In this document: positions 1-11,498 of the stretch, in pieces
Layout of the letters: the number at the start of each line of letters is the position of its first letter
Position numbering within the stretch: position 1 is the stretch's first letter
Source: Peptococcaceae bacterium UBA5757
GTDB lineage: Bacteria > Bacillota > Dehalobacteriia > UBA4068
DNA length: 64,000 nt
NCBI GenBank assembly: GCA_002418965.1
Contig: DIFD01000015.1
Coordinates: forward strand, 215,088 to 279,087
Reading direction: 5' to 3'
The notes under the pieces: generated by a model
Told to the model about the DNA's origin: nothing
Database searches by the model: none
What the model saw: the letters and a program-made list of their open reading frames with translations, nothing else
Made by a program: the position numbers and the translations under genes

Positions 1-2304
1 TTGTCCTGGCAATTACTGGTTTTTAGCTTAGCAGCTTTTTTGTTGGCAAGAGCAGAGCTTTTGGGAGGGCTATATCCATTTGCGCCGGCTGTTTTGGCAG
101 CTTTGATCGTTTGCTACCGCGCACGGGGGCTCATTTATGTAATACCGATTTTGGTCGGGTTCATTACGGTGATGAGCGGGAGCGAGATTTTGCTTTATGC
201 GATCATCTGCGCATTGCTCGGAATGTTTTTTACATTTTATCCTGTTGACGGTAAACGTTTATGGTATGTTCTTCCTACTGTGGTACTGGCTACCGTTTTG
301 GTTTGTAAGGGGTTGGTGGCCGTGTTTTGGGGAGCTGTCAGTTATGAAATATTTATCGCTTTGGTGGAGGGTGCATTTGCGGCCGGGTTATCCCTGGTAT
401 TTATGGTCGTTTTGAATGCCTTCCGGCGTTTTGATCTGACCAAGAGGTTTTCTTCTGATGAAACGATTTGCCTGTTTGTAATTGGCATGGGCGTCATCTG
501 CGGCATGAGCAATTGGACAATCGCAGGAATCTCTATTCAAGCTGTTGCCAGTTGTTTTTTGATCCTGGCGGTTGCTTATTTAGGGGGAGGCGGAGTCGGA
601 GCGGCTATGGGCACCATTATGGGAATTGTTCCCAGCCTTTCCACGATGATTGCGCCATCCGTAATTGCAACCTATGCGTTTTCCGGCTTGCTTGCGGGTA
701 TCTTCAGTGGTTTCGGCCGTTTTGGGACGGTTTTGGGATTCTTTTTTGGCAATATGATTCTTTCTTTATACCTGTTATCCGGAATGCAGATCACATCCGC
801 CTTAAGCGTAACAGCAATTTCCGCTTTGATCTTTTTGCTCATTCCCAATTCTATCTATCGTAGTTTAAGAGCAGCATTTATCAACAGCGGGGTAAAAACA
901 GCTAAAGAAGACAAAAATGAACGGATTTTACGGTATTTTCTTCGCCGAATTCATCAGGCAGGCGTTGCCTACCATGATTTAAGTAAATCTTTAACCCAGA
1001 TCTTAGGACAAAATGAAAAAGAGATGGTAGAAGACAACCTGAACGATGTCTTAAAACAATTCCACCGCCAGCTTTGTACGGAATGCTCTTTGAAAGATGT
1101 CTGCTGGCGTAGGGACTACGCCAATACCGTTAAAAGCGTGGTAGAGGTTTTTAATACCGTAGAAAAAAAAGGGTACGCTACCCGAAACGATATCCCGGAG
1201 ATATTAGCCAAGCGTTGTCCGCATGTGAAAGAATTAACTGTGATCGTCAATTGTCTTTATGAGATCTTTTGCCGCAACAATTATTGGAAGACCAAACAGG
1301 AATCGAGTGCCAATCTGTTGTCTGTACAAATAGACGGAGTTTCACAAATTTTTGACGGCATTGTCAAAGAGATCAATGAGTACAACGACGAGCGCTTGCT
1401 GTTGGAAACAGAACTGCGTTATGCCCTGCAAAAAAGGGAGCTCAATATTGATTCAATCGGCATTTCTTCCTTAAAAGAAAAAAGTATCAATGTTTGGGTA
1501 CAGTTCCAGGATTGCCCGGGTGAAATTTATTGCCGGGAAGCTTTAGAAGACGAAGTCAGTTCGCTTTTAGGACATGATTATTATGTCTGTGATTCTACCT
1601 GCAGCGGCAATTGCGGCGAGCGTTGTACTTATAAATTATTGGAACAAGGCGCTAATTGCATCCATATCGGGAAAGCTCAGCTTGCCAAAGACGGGAAAGG
1701 TATTTGTGGGGACAGCGGCGTCAGTGTCCTCTTGGAAGAAGGAAAACAACTGCTTATTATCAGTGACGGTATGGGAATCGGGCAAAAAGCTGCAACAGAA
1801 TCAGACGCTGCCGTTTCTTTGTTAATTAAATTATTGGAATTGGGGTTTAGCGAAGAAACGGCTATAGATACGGTAAATTCTGCTTTTATGCTGCGGGGTA
1901 ATGAGGATAGTTTTGTTACGCTGGATCTATGCTTTGTGGATCTGATTAACGGCAATACACAGTTTATTAAAACGGGCGGCGCACCCAGCTTTATCAAACG
2001 AGGCCGGGATGTTAAAATTATCCAAGGTTCCAGCTTGCCGGTCGGCATGTTACATACGGTACAAAAGGATGTTTTTTATGAGGCCATGCAGGCCGGAGAC
2101 ATGGTTATTCTGGCTAGCGACGGGTTATGGGATATGGATACCAACCATGATTTAAAATGGTTGCAACGGACATTGTCCGCATGCAAGGCAGACACGCCCC
2201 AAGAAATGGCCGAATACATCTTAGAAAAAGTCGTGAATATTAGCGGAGGGAAAATTAAGGATGATATTACCGTTTTGGTTGCACAAATGGAGAAAATTGC
2301 CTAA
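1..2304 (+). CDS. spoIIE: Stage II sporulation protein E (PP2C-type phosphatase). N-terminal multi-TM region plus C-terminal PP2C domain. The 5' end is probably truncated by the window edge.
   Basis: ORF translation shows ~10 TM helices followed by ...GKGICGDSGVSVLLEEGKQLLIISDGMGIGQKAATESDAA..., a PP2C/SpoIIE signature. At 767 aa it is ~50-60 aa shorter than typical SpoIIE, and the window begins in-frame. Confidence 0.88.
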   Translation: MSWQLLVFSLAAFLLARAELLGGLYPFAPAVLAALIVCYRARGLIYVIPILVGFITVMSGSEILLYAIICALLGMFFTFYPVDGKRLWYVLPTVVLATVLVCKGLVAVFWGAVSYEIFIALVEGAFAAGLSLVFMVVLNAFRRFDLTKRFSSDETICLFVIGMGVICGMSNWTIAGISIQAVASCFLILAVAYLGGGGVGAAMGTIMGIVPSLSTMIAPSVIATYAFSGLLAGIFSGFGRFGTVLGFFFGNMILSLYLLSGMQITSALSVTAISALIFLLIPNSIYRSLRAAFINSGVKTAKEDKNERILRYFLRRIHQAGVAYHDLSKSLTQILGQNEKEMVEDNLNDVLKQFHRQLCTECSLKDVCWRRDYANTVKSVVEVFNTVEKKGYATRNDIPEILAKRCPHVKELTVIVNCLYEIFCRNNYWKTKQESSANLLSVQIDGVSQIFDGIVKEINEYNDERLLLETELRYALQKRELNIDSIGISSLKEKSINVWVQFQDCPGEIYCREALEDEVSSLLGHDYYVCDSTCSGNCGERCTYKLLEQGANCIHIGKAQLAKDGKGICGDSGVSVLLEEGKQLLIISDGMGIGQKAATESDAAVSLLIKLLELGFSEETAIDTVNSAFMLRGNEDSFVTLDLCFVDLINGNTQFIKTGGAPSFIKRGRDVKIIQGSSLPVGMLHTVQKDVFYEAMQAGDMVILASDGLWDMDTNHDLKWLQRTLSACKADTPQEMAEYILEKVVNISGGKIKDDITVLVAQMEKIA

Positions 2305-2447
2305 ATAGAAAGCCGGGGCGGGTTTGCTTCTCTGGCGTCAACAGGGGCAGGATTTTTAAATATTAAGGCGAAAAGGCATACTATGGTTAACATTTGCTGA
2401 TTCGCCTTTTTTATTGTGGAAGATCTTATTTTGACTGGGGTTTATAA

Positions 2448-3866
2448 ATGAAAAAAAAACAATTGGCTTCTTTAGCTGCCTGGCAAAAAAAGGTGGCAAA
2501 CTATTGCCGCAATCATGATCTCGTCCAAAATGGCGATCATATTTTGCTCGCTATTTCCGGAGGCGTTGATTCCATGTCGCTTTTGCATTTGTTTGCAGGA
2601 AGCCGGGCAGGTTGGCAGGTGTCGCTTTCAGTAGCCTATTTTAATCATCAATTGAGACCGCAAAGTGAGCTGGAAGGCAAATTTGTGGCGGATGCCTGTA
2701 AATGTCTGCAAATCCCCTTCTATTGCGGAAGCGCCGATATTAAGGCGCTTTCAGATGGGAAAAATGTAGAAGAAATAGCACGCAAGCACCGCTATGCGTT
2801 TCTTTTTTCCTGCATGAATCAAATTGGGGCAAATAAAATCGCGACTGCGCATCATCTCGACGATCAAGCAGAAACTGTGCTGTTACACATGTTGCGTGGC
2901 TGCGGGTTGGAAGGGTTAGCGGCTATTGCCCCAAAAGAAGGGGCTTTGCTCCGTCCTTTGCTATTCCTGTCCAAGGAGGAGTTGATTGCCTATAATGAGC
3001 TCTCCGGGATCGGTTATTGCCAGGATGAAAGTAACTTCTCTTTGCAGTATACCCGCAACCAAATCCGGGGAGACTTGATTCCCCGGCTAAAAAAAGAGTA
3101 TAATCCGCAAGTTGAGCACGCTTTAGCAAAAATGGCCGAAGTCTGCCGTGTTGATCAGGAATATATGACAAATCAGGCAAGAGCATCTTTTAGAAAAGTT
3201 TGGATTGTTGAAGAGCAGGCTTTGGGAGAAGTGTTTTTTAGCCTGCCGCAAGCCTTGCAGTCCCGTCTGGTGCAAATGGCTTTTGGGTTTGTAAGTGGGC
3301 AAAGTAATAATGCTTTGAGTTTTGAACAGATTGAAGCCGTGCTTCGGTTAAAAGAAGAGCAGCAAGCGCCGTTACCCAAAGATATTCGCGTTTATGTACG
3401 CTATGGCAAGTTATATTTTAACAAGAAGAAACCTGACTTACCAACATGGGAAGGTGAAGTTACGCTTTTTTGGGGGGAAAAGCTACCCATTGGAGAAAGC
3501 GGCTGGTACTATGAAATTCAGGATACTCCGATCCAAGAGCTTAAAAAGAAAGAGTATGCAGACAATTTCCCTTTTATAAAAGGAAATCCGTTGATTTTGC
3601 CGAAATCTTTTTTGCCGGATTTGAGTTTTCGCACCAAAAAGGATGGCGATAAAATTAATCTGCCGTATCTGGGGGGCAGCAAAAAATTAAAGGATATTTT
3701 TATCGACGCCAAGATAAAACCGGCATGGCGGAAAAATTGGCCCCTTTTGGTTCATCAGGGGGAAATTATTGCTGTACCATTACTGCAAACGGCAGTCGGT
3801 ATTTGTAACGGAACCGATGTGAATCAGCTCTATTTATATTTTTACCCACCGCAAAAATTTTGCTAA
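2448..3866 (+). CDS. tilS: tRNA(Ile)-lysidine synthetase
   Basis: PP-loop motif ISGGVDSMSLLHLF. 472 aa. Conserved position immediately upstream of ftsH. Confidence 0.9.
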   Translation: MKKKQLASLAAWQKKVANYCRNHDLVQNGDHILLAISGGVDSMSLLHLFAGSRAGWQVSLSVAYFNHQLRPQSELEGKFVADACKCLQIPFYCGSADIKALSDGKNVEEIARKHRYAFLFSCMNQIGANKIATAHHLDDQAETVLLHMLRGCGLEGLAAIAPKEGALLRPLLFLSKEELIAYNELSGIGYCQDESNFSLQYTRNQIRGDLIPRLKKEYNPQVEHALAKMAEVCRVDQEYMTNQARASFRKVWIVEEQALGEVFFSLPQALQSRLVQMAFGFVSGQSNNALSFEQIEAVLRLKEEQQAPLPKDIRVYVRYGKLYFNKKKPDLPTWEGEVTLFWGEKLPIGESGWYYEIQDTPIQELKKKEYADNFPFIKGNPLILPKSFLPDLSFRTKKDGDKINLPYLGGSKKLKDIFIDAKIKPAWRKNWPLLVHQGEIIAVPLLQTAVGICNGTDVNQLYLYFYPPQKFC

Positions 3867-3911
3867 AAATTGGTTATGCTATAAAGAGATTTTTTAAGAT
3901 TTCTTTTTATT

Positions 3912-3940
3912 TTGAAAAGTGCAGGTTTTTATGATATGAT
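3912..3940 (+). promoter_or_regulatory. Putative sigmaA promoter for ftsH: TTGAAA, 17 nt spacer, TATGAT.
   Basis: Hexamers read directly at 3912-3917 and 3935-3940 with a 17 nt spacer, ~60 nt upstream of the ftsH TTG start. Confidence 0.4.
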
Positions 3941-3999
3941 TAAATAATATTGATCTCAAAACGTACTTTTTCACTCCAATCCGGAAGGGGGATTTTTGT

Positions 4000-5922
4000 T
4001 TGAATCGTTTGATGAAAAACATGACAATTTTTCTGCTCATCGTTTTACTTGCCGTATCCTTTTATACCTTCGGTAATAAAGGGGCGGAACAGCCTTTAGA
4101 GATGACGTACAGTGAATTTATCGGCGCTGTTGAGCAAGGAAAAGTTGTCAGTGTTGATATAGCCGGTGATACGAATCGGTATATAATCACAGGTACCTTA
4201 TCAACGGGGGCAGTCTTTAGTACCACCGTTTTTCCAGACACCAATATTGCGGATGTGTTAACCCAATACAATGTTAAAATAACGTATGATGAAGTACCGG
4301 CGCCTCCGTGGTGGACGACGGTCTTATCTACTTTGTTGCCAATGCTCCTCATTGTCGGTTTATTAATCTTTTTGATGCAGCAAGGACAGGGCGGCAACGG
4401 GAAAGTCATGCAATTCGGCAAGAGCCGGGCCAAACTTCATACCGACGACCGTAAGAAAGTGACGTTTGAAGATGTCGCCGGTGTGGATGAAGTCAAAGAA
4501 GAATTGAATGAGGTCGTGGAGTTTTTAAAAGAACCGCGTAAATTTAATGCCCTGGGGGCTAGAATCCCCAAAGGCGTTTTGCTTTTCGGCGCTCCCGGAA
4601 CAGGGAAAACATTATTGGCAAGAGCAGTTGCCGGAGAAGCCAATGTGCCTTTTTTCTCGATCAGCGGTTCGGACTTTGTGGAAATGTTCGTCGGGGTTGG
4701 TGCCTCGCGTGTACGTGACCTTTTTGAACAGGCGAAGAAACATGCGCCTTGCATTATCTTTATTGATGAAATCGACGCGGTCGGCCGTCAACGCGGAGCG
4801 GGCTTAGGCGGCGGACACGATGAGAGAGAGCAAACTTTAAATCAATTGCTCGTAGAAATGGACGGTTTTGCTCCCAATGAAGGAATTATCGTCATCGCAG
4901 CTACCAACAGACCGGATATTTTAGACCCCGCTTTGCTGCGTCCGGGGCGTTTTGACCGCGAAATTGTTGTGGATACACCGGATGTGAACGGCCGTCGCCA
5001 GATTTTAGAAGTGCATATTAAAGGCAAGCCGCTCGATCCCGGTATCGATTTGGATGTTGTCGCGCGCCGCACACCCGGTTTTACGGGGGCCGATTTGGCC
5101 AATCTGATCAACGAGGCTGCCCTGTTAGCCGCGCGACATAATAAGAAAAGAATCGATATGGAAGAAATGGAACAGGCTGCCGAGCGTGTGATTGCCGGTC
5201 CCGAAAAGAAATCACGTGTGATCAGCGACAGAGAAAAGAAGATTGTTGCCTATCATGAAGCAGGGCATTCCGTTGTTTCTTATTATCTCAAGAATGTCGA
5301 TCCTTTGCATAAGGTTTCTATCATTCCGCGTGGGCGTGCCGGCGGGTATACATTGCTTTTACCGAAAGAAGACCGCAATTATGCCACCAAATCCCAGATG
5401 GAAGACGAGCTTGTGGTATTGTTGGGCGGCAGAATGTCCGAAGTGATTGTTTTGACCGATATCAGCACCGGAGCGCAAAACGATCTGGAGCGCTCGACAG
5501 GAATGGTACGGCAGATGATCACGCGCTACGGTATGAGCGAAGAGATGGGGCCTTTGACGTTTGGCAGACAGCATGAAACAGTTTTTTTAGGCCGCGACTT
5601 TTCACAGGAGCGCAACTACAGTGAAGCCATTGCGTATGCCATTGATAAAGAAGCTCGTACCATGATTGATAAGGCCTATCAGACGGCCAGAAAGATCCTG
5701 ACCGAGCATATTGATAAGCTTCATCTGGTGGCGGCTGCGCTGATGGAAAAAGAAACGTTGACAGCTGAGGAATTCTATCAATTGATGAAGGATCCAAATG
5801 GTCAAGCTCCGGAACAGGTTGTTTCGGATATAATCACAAAGACAGAATCAAGCGCTGCGCCGGAAATTAATTTGTCTTATCAAGATAAAACGGATCCGAA
5901 CCGTGATCCTTTTAATTCATAA
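4000..5922 (+). CDS. ftsH: ATP-dependent zinc metalloprotease FtsH
   Basis: N-terminus [18 protein letters not shown] Walker motif GPPGTGKT, and Zn-binding HEAGH. TTG start with GGAAGGGGGA SD 6 nt upstream. Confidence 0.93.
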   Translation: MNRLMKNMTIFLLIVLLAVSFYTFGNKGAEQPLEMTYSEFIGAVEQGKVVSVDIAGDTNRYIITGTLSTGAVFSTTVFPDTNIADVLTQYNVKITYDEVPAPPWWTTVLSTLLPMLLIVGLLIFLMQQGQGGNGKVMQFGKSRAKLHTDDRKKVTFEDVAGVDEVKEELNEVVEFLKEPRKFNALGARIPKGVLLFGAPGTGKTLLARAVAGEANVPFFSISGSDFVEMFVGVGASRVRDLFEQAKKHAPCIIFIDEIDAVGRQRGAGLGGGHDEREQTLNQLLVEMDGFAPNEGIIVIAATNRPDILDPALLRPGRFDREIVVDTPDVNGRRQILEVHIKGKPLDPGIDLDVVARRTPGFTGADLANLINEAALLAARHNKKRIDMEEMEQAAERVIAGPEKKSRVISDREKKIVAYHEAGHSVVSYYLKNVDPLHKVSIIPRGRAGGYTLLLPKEDRNYATKSQMEDELVVLLGGRMSEVIVLTDISTGAQNDLERSTGMVRQMITRYGMSEEMGPLTFGRQHETVFLGRDFSQERNYSEAIAYAIDKEARTMIDKAYQTARKILTEHIDKLHLVAAALMEKETLTAEEFYQLMKDPNGQAPEQVVSDIITKTESSAAPEINLSYQDKTDPNRDPFNS

Positions 5923-6004
5923 GCCAGAGGGGAAATCGGATGTATCAATCGGTCTTTTGCCATCAGGTCAGAATAGATCTTATTCTAAAAAGAAGATAGA
6001 TTAA

Positions 6005-6038
6005 AAAGCCTTACGGTGTGATACCATAAGGCTTTTTG
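6005..6038 (+). terminator. Rho-independent terminator after ftsH
   Basis: Hairpin aagccttacggtgtgataccataaggctt followed by ttttt. Confidence 0.6.
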
Positions 6039-6096
6039 GGTTTAAGGTGACGAAAGTGGCCCTTAGCCATGCAAATAAAAAGGAGTGAAGTATAGG

Positions 6097-7191
6097 TTGA
6101 AAAAAACGCCTTTATATGAAGAACATGTTGCTTTAGGAGGTAGAATCGTTGATTTTGGCGGTTGGGCACTGCCGGTACAGTACAGTGGAATTTTAGAAGA
6201 GCATTTAACGGTGCGAAAAACCGCAGGTTTATTTGATGTATCCCATATGGGGGAATTTTTGCTGGAAGGCGAAAAAGCTACGGAATATCTGCAGCATTTG
6301 TTGACCAATGATTTTGCCCAGATGCCAAGCGGCAAAGTCACGTATTCGCCTATGTGTTATCCCGACGGCGGTGTGGTCGACGATTTGCTGGTTTATAAAT
6401 TTGATGATCGGAAATATTGGCTGGTGGTCAATGCCTCCAATACGCAAAAAGACTGGGAATGGTGCAATGCCCAAAACGAGCAGGGTGTTGTTTTGACCAA
6501 TCTATCGGATTCGGTAGCGGAAATTGCCTTACAGGGCCCTGCTGCCCAAGATATTTTGAGCAAATTAACCAATACAGACTTGGATGCGCTCAAGTTTTAT
6601 CATTTTGATCCCCGGGTGGAGATTTGCGGCTTTCGGGTTCTTCTCTCCCGTACCGGTTATACGGGAGAAGACGGTTTTGAGTTGTATACGGATAATGAAA
6701 ACGCCGTACGGTTATGGCGTGAGTTAATGAAAGCTGGACAAGAGTGGGGAATCAAACCGGTTGGTTTAGGAGCCAGAGACACGCTGCGTTTTGAGGCCGG
6801 GATGCCTTTGTACGGGCAGGAATTGTCAACCCAGATCAATCCTCTCGCGGCGGGTTTGGGCAGTTTTGTCCGCGAGGACAAGCCCGATTATATCGGCAAA
6901 AGCGCATTGGTGCAAATCCGCTCCCAGGGCGTCAAGCAAAAAATAGTCGGTTTTGATATGATCGATCGCGGTCTGGCCAGAAACCACTATGAGGTTTTTA
7001 GCAAAGGCAGTAAGATCGGATTTGTCACGACCGGCAGTTACGCTCCGTCTTTGGGCAAAAACATGGGGATGGCGTTCATTGACGTTGCCTATGCCACTGT
7101 CGGACAAGAAATCGAAATCATGATTCGGGATAAGGCGGTTTTGGCAAAAGTAATCAAAAGACCGTTTTATCCGAACAATTATAAAAAATAA
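6097..7191 (+). CDS. gcvT: Glycine cleavage system T protein (aminomethyltransferase). Alternative GTG start at 6085.
   Basis: MKKTPLYEEHVALGGRIVDFGGW matches the GcvT N-terminus. AGGAG SD at 6081-6085. The operon continues gcvH-gcvPA-gcvPB. Confidence 0.88.
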   Translation: MKKTPLYEEHVALGGRIVDFGGWALPVQYSGILEEHLTVRKTAGLFDVSHMGEFLLEGEKATEYLQHLLTNDFAQMPSGKVTYSPMCYPDGGVVDDLLVYKFDDRKYWLVVNASNTQKDWEWCNAQNEQGVVLTNLSDSVAEIALQGPAAQDILSKLTNTDLDALKFYHFDPRVEICGFRVLLSRTGYTGEDGFELYTDNENAVRLWRELMKAGQEWGIKPVGLGARDTLRFEAGMPLYGQELSTQINPLAAGLGSFVREDKPDYIGKSALVQIRSQGVKQKIVGFDMIDRGLARNHYEVFSKGSKIGFVTTGSYAPSLGKNMGMAFIDVAYATVGQEIEIMIRDKAVLAKVIKRPFYPNNYKK

Positions 7192-7222
7192 AAGGAAAAA
7201 ATGATAGGGGGAAAAAGAGGCA

Positions 7223-7606
7223 ATGATTAAGGTTCAGGAAGGTCTTAAATACACCAATTCGCATGAATGGGTCCGTGTAGAAGGGCAAAATGCTTATATC
7301 GGCGTGACCGATTATGCGCAACACCATTTGGGAGACATCGTTTTTGTAGAATTACCTGTCCCGGGAGATAAGGTTGCTAAAGGAGAGGTCATCAGTGTTG
7401 TGGAAAGCGTGAAAGCGGCTTCCGATGTCTATGCCCCGGTATCCGGCACCATTATGGAAATCAATGAAGAGCTGTCCGATAGCCCCGGTATGATCAATGA
7501 GGATGCTTATGAAGCGTGGATTGCCATGGTGAAATTGGAAAATGACGTGGAGTTGGAAGAACTGATGGATGACGCTGATTATGAAACCATATGTAAAGAG
7601 GGATAA
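7223..7606 (+). CDS. gcvH: Glycine cleavage system H protein (lipoyl carrier)
   Basis: 127 aa, with the lipoyl-lysine motif ESVKAASD. Position between gcvT and gcvP. Confidence 0.92.
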   Translation: MIKVQEGLKYTNSHEWVRVEGQNAYIGVTDYAQHHLGDIVFVELPVPGDKVAKGEVISVVESVKAASDVYAPVSGTIMEINEELSDSPGMINEDAYEAWIAMVKLENDVELEELMDDADYETICKEG

Positions 7607-7741
7607 CAATTTATCAGTGGTAAATCATTTGGACGAGATATAAAGAAGAGTAAGACGGATAGATGAAGTATCCCTAGCCTCTTTTTAATGACATATTATA
7701 ATTAAAAATAACGGGATCAGTTAAATGGAAGGAGTGCATGT

Positions 7742-9100
7742 ATGCACAGATACCAGGGAAACCATGCGTGTGAGCAAAAACAGATGCTCGACTCTATGGG
7801 CGTTGGCGAGATTGAAGAGTTGTTTTGTGATATCGATCCCCGGTTTCGGTTGCAGAGGGAATTAAATTTGCCCCTGCCGTTGGCCGAACAACAACTGACG
7901 GCCCATATGCGCGCTTTGGCGGCAAAAAACGCTAATCTCAATGAGTATGCTTGCTTTTTAGGTGCCGGCGCTTACGACCGCTATATTCCGGCTCTGATTC
8001 ACCATTTAACCTCCCGGCAGGAGTTTTTAACGGCTTACACGCCGTATCAACCGGAAATCAGCCAGGGGACTTTACAAAGCATTTTTGAATACCAGACCAT
8101 GATCTGTGAACTGACCGGCATGGATGTAGCCAATGCCTCCATGTACGATGGCGCCAGCGCTTTGGCGGAAGCGGCCCTTTCGGCTTGCAATGCCACGCGC
8201 CGCAGCAAAATCCTGCTTTCTTCAGCTATTCACCCCGAATACCGCAAAACCGTGCAAACCTATTGCCGTTTTTCCGGAATCGAGGTGGAGGAAGTTCCGT
8301 GTCAGAACGGCATGACTGATTTTGATCGGCTGGCAACCGTTTTAAATGATAAGGTTGCGGCTGTATTAATCGGTCAGCCTAATTTTTTTGGCATCGTGGA
8401 GGATGTGGCAAAAGCTGCGGAATTGGCCCATGCGGTTAAGTCCATGCTTTTGGTTACAGCTGACCCCATCGCTTTAGCTATGTTGGAAGCTCCCGGCAAT
8501 CAGGGGGCGGACATTGTGGTAGGCGAAGGACAGTCCTTGGGTAACCCAATTGCTTTTGGTGGGCCATATCTTGGGTTTTTTGCGACTACGGAAAAAAACT
8601 TGAGAAGAATGCCGGGCAGGATCTCCGGCATGACCAAAGACGCCCAGGATCGTCGTGGTTTCGTTTTGACCATCCAGACGAGAGAACAACATATCCGCCG
8701 GGAAAAAGCCACCTCCAACATTTGCTCCAATGAGGCGCTTTGCGCTTTGACAGCGGCTATCTATATGAGTGTGTTGGGTAAAGAGGGCTTAAAAAAAGTT
8801 GCGCAGCTTTCTTTTTCCAAGGCGCATTATGCCTATGATGCGCTGCTGAAAACAGGCGTATGCCGCCCTTTGTTTGAAAACATGCCCTTTTGTTTTGAAT
8901 TTGCCGTCCAACTGGATTTGGATATTGCAAAGTTGAACCAGGGACTATTACAGCAAAAGATCATTGGCGGGTATGACCTCAAAGAAGCATACTCGGCGTT
9001 AAAAGGCGGTTATTTGCTGGCCTTTACAGAAAAACGCAGTAAAGCCGAGATTGATACGCTGGTGCAACAAATTGCAGGGAAGGCGGGTGCAAACAAATGA
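7742..9100 (+). CDS. gcvPA: Glycine dehydrogenase (decarboxylating) subunit 1
   Basis: 452 aa. Similar to GcvPA N-terminal P-protein halves. Overlaps gcvPB by 4 nt. Confidence 0.9.
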   Translation: MHRYQGNHACEQKQMLDSMGVGEIEELFCDIDPRFRLQRELNLPLPLAEQQLTAHMRALAAKNANLNEYACFLGAGAYDRYIPALIHHLTSRQEFLTAYTPYQPEISQGTLQSIFEYQTMICELTGMDVANASMYDGASALAEAALSACNATRRSKILLSSAIHPEYRKTVQTYCRFSGIEVEEVPCQNGMTDFDRLATVLNDKVAAVLIGQPNFFGIVEDVAKAAELAHAVKSMLLVTADPIALAMLEAPGNQGADIVVGEGQSLGNPIAFGGPYLGFFATTEKNLRRMPGRISGMTKDAQDRRGFVLTIQTREQHIRREKATSNICSNEALCALTAAIYMSVLGKEGLKKVAQLSFSKAHYAYDALLKTGVCRPLFENMPFCFEFAVQLDLDIAKLNQGLLQQKIIGGYDLKEAYSALKGGYLLAFTEKRSKAEIDTLVQQIAGKAGANK

Positions 9101-10566
9101 GCATAAAGCAACAAATTCCTTTAATTTTTGAGCTATCCGAGCCCGGGCGTACAGCTTATTCCCTGCCGGAATGTGATGTCCCGACTGTAGACCCGAAACA
9201 ATCGCTTCCGGATCATATGCTGCGCCAACAAGACGCCCGTTTGCCTGAGGTCAGCGAAGTGGATGTCGTACGCCATTATACGCAACTGTCCCAGTTAAAT
9301 TATGGTTTGGATGCAGGATTTTACCCGTTGGGTTCCTGCACTATGAAATACAATCCGAAGGTCAACGAAGATATGGCCGCCCTGGAAGGTTTTGCGGCAC
9401 TGCACCCATATGCGAATGAAAGCTCGACGCAAGGCGCCATGCAGCTTATGGTTGAGTTGGAGGCGATGCTCTGTGAGATATCGGGTATGGACGCCATGAC
9501 GCTGATCCCTGCCGCCGGTGCGCATGGCGAGATGACGGGGCAGATGATCATCAAAGCCTACCATGAAAGCAGGGGCGACTTTGCCCGCAAAAAAATCATT
9601 ATCCCCGATGCCGCGCACGGAACCAATCCGGCTTCCGCCGTGATGGCCGGGTTTGACACTGTGCAAATCCCGACCAAGGCGGATGGCGATTTGGACTTGG
9701 ACGCTTTACGCGCCGCTATGGATGATACCGTTGCCGGTCTGATGCTGACCAATCCCAGCACTTTAGGGCTTTTTGAACGGCAGATCGGACAGGTGGCACA
9801 GATCGTGCATGATGCCGGAGGACTGTTGTATTATGACGGCGCCAATGCCAATGCCATCATCGGCATCAGCCGTCCCGGCGATATGGGGTTTGACGTGGTT
9901 CATCTCAATTTGCACAAAACCTTTTCCACACCGCATGGCGGCGGTGGGCCTGGGGCCGGCCCAGTTGGCGTTAAGAGCGATTTGATTCCCTTTTTGCCGG
10001 GGCAAAGGATTATTTTTGACGGAAAAGCTTATTCCTGGGACAAACAAACGGAAGTAAGTATCGGACAGGTAAAGGCCTTTTATGGAAACTTTCTTGTTTT
10101 GGTCAAGGCTTATTGCTATATTTTGTCTTTGGGTGCGAAAGGACTGGCCGATGTGGCCAAAGGCGCCGTGCTCAATGCCAATTATATTCAGTACCATCTT
10201 AAAGAAGATTTTTATCTCCCCTATGACCGTACCTGTATGCACGAATGCGTTTTTTCCGGTAAATTGCTTAAAGAGCGGTACGGCGTAACGACTTTGGATA
10301 TTGCAAAACGCCTCTTGGATTATGGCTATCATCCGCCGACCATTTATTTTCCTATGATCGTGGAAGAAGCGTTGATGATCGAACCGACGGAATGCGAAAG
10401 CAGACGGACATTGGATCAATTTATCGCTTGCTGCAAGCAGATCGTCCAAGAAGCTGCCGAAAATCCCGAGCTTTTAAAACAGGCTCCGCAGCATACGCCC
10501 GTACGGCGTTTGGATGAAACGGGAGCGGCGCGCAACCCTGTTTTAAAATGGCAATTTGAAGAATAA
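9097..10566 (+). CDS. gcvPB: Glycine dehydrogenase (decarboxylating) subunit 2 (PLP-binding)
   Basis: 489 aa. PLP-lysine context [16 protein letters not shown]. Confidence 0.92.
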   Translation: MSIKQQIPLIFELSEPGRTAYSLPECDVPTVDPKQSLPDHMLRQQDARLPEVSEVDVVRHYTQLSQLNYGLDAGFYPLGSCTMKYNPKVNEDMAALEGFAALHPYANESSTQGAMQLMVELEAMLCEISGMDAMTLIPAAGAHGEMTGQMIIKAYHESRGDFARKKIIIPDAAHGTNPASAVMAGFDTVQIPTKADGDLDLDALRAAMDDTVAGLMLTNPSTLGLFERQIGQVAQIVHDAGGLLYYDGANANAIIGISRPGDMGFDVVHLNLHKTFSTPHGGGGPGAGPVGVKSDLIPFLPGQRIIFDGKAYSWDKQTEVSIGQVKAFYGNFLVLVKAYCYILSLGAKGLADVAKGAVLNANYIQYHLKEDFYLPYDRTCMHECVFSGKLLKERYGVTTLDIAKRLLDYGYHPPTIYFPMIVEEALMIEPTECESRRTLDQFIACCKQIVQEAAENPELLKQAPQHTPVRRLDETGAARNPVLKWQFEE

Positions 10567-10580
10567 ATAATATAAGAAAT

Positions 10581-10612
10581 CAAATAATCAGGCCTTAAGG
10601 CCTGATTATTTG
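10581..10612. terminator. Bidirectional terminator (perfect 32 nt palindrome) between the convergent gcvPB and dedA
   Basis: caaataatcaggccttaaggcctgattatttg, flanked by A/T runs. Confidence 0.65.
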
Positions 10613-10671
10613 ATTATGCCCGTAAAATAAAAAAATAGGTCATCGTTTATCTGATGGATCAGTCCATTTGC

Positions 10672-11289
10672 TTATGATTTTTTGCGCAGGAAAGCAATGA
10701 CGGCTGGTAAGATGGATACGAGGATGATTGCCCAGATCAGCCAATTGAAGTTTTGTTGTACCCAGGGCATATTGCCGCAAAAATAGCCTAGTCCGAAAAC
10801 GATGCAGACCCACAAAAATGCGCCGACCAAATTATAGGTAAGAAAATAGCGGTAACGCAATTTTGCCGCTCCGGCGACGAAGGGGGCAAAGGTACGGATT
10901 ACGGGCATAAAGCGGGCAATCACGATGGTCTTTCCTCCGTGCCGATCGAAGAAACGTTCCGTTTCTTGAATACGTTTTTCATTTACAAAGGGGAAGTTAA
11001 AGCGTTTACGGAAAGTACGCCCGATTTCATAATTGAGGCTGTCCCCTGCTACAGCTGCGACGAAAAAGAGAATAAAAAGGACAACCGGGTCTAAAGCGCC
11101 TGTTACGGAAGAAATGGCTCCGGCGGCAAACAGGAGCGAATCCCCCGGTAAAAAAGGGGTGACAACCAGTCCTGTTTCACAAAAAACGATCAAAAACAGG
11201 ATTAAATAGGTCCAGTTGCCGCACGATGCGATTAAGGTTTGCAGGTATTGGTCCGTATGGGTTAAAAGTTCTATCATAAATTGAATCAT
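10672..11289 (-). CDS. DedA / SNARE-associated family membrane protein
   Basis: Motif VTPFLPGDSLLFAAG. Start chosen at MIQFMIELL (GGAAGGA SD); the longer TTG-initiated ORF runs to 11304. Confidence 0.8.
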   Translation of the reverse strand: MIQFMIELLTHTDQYLQTLIASCGNWTYLILFLIVFCETGLVVTPFLPGDSLLFAAGAISSVTGALDPVVLFILFFVAAVAGDSLNYEIGRTFRKRFNFPFVNEKRIQETERFFDRHGGKTIVIARFMPVIRTFAPFVAGAAKLRYRYFLTYNLVGAFLWVCIVFGLGYFCGNMPWVQQNFNWLIWAIILVSILPAVIAFLRKKS

Positions 11290-11498
11290 AAATGATCCTT
11301 CCAAAGTACTTATTTTTCAGTTTGGGCGTTCAATTTTCTAAAATTTGTATGTATTTTTTTGAATTGGGATAAACTGAAAATATGTTAAATATGTCTTTTA
11401 ACGGCATGCATAAGAGGAAAAGGCAGCGTTTATGCAGAATAGTTATAGTTAGATTATACGGTAAACAAGGAATTTAGACAAGAAGGTAGGTGAAGAGA

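Noticed and set aside
3867-3999. Missing hpt between tilS and ftsH (the usual tilS-hpt-ftsH arrangement in Firmicutes)
   Set aside because: The 133 bp spacer is too short for a gene and shows only a promoter-like element. It is likely a lineage-specific gene order rather than a deletion scar; it cannot be assessed further without other genomes.
7607-7741. 135 nt spacer between gcvH and gcvPA as a possible regulatory RNA
   Set aside because: Only a weak imperfect hairpin and an SD were found, with no conserved riboswitch-like cores; probably a simple intercistronic region.
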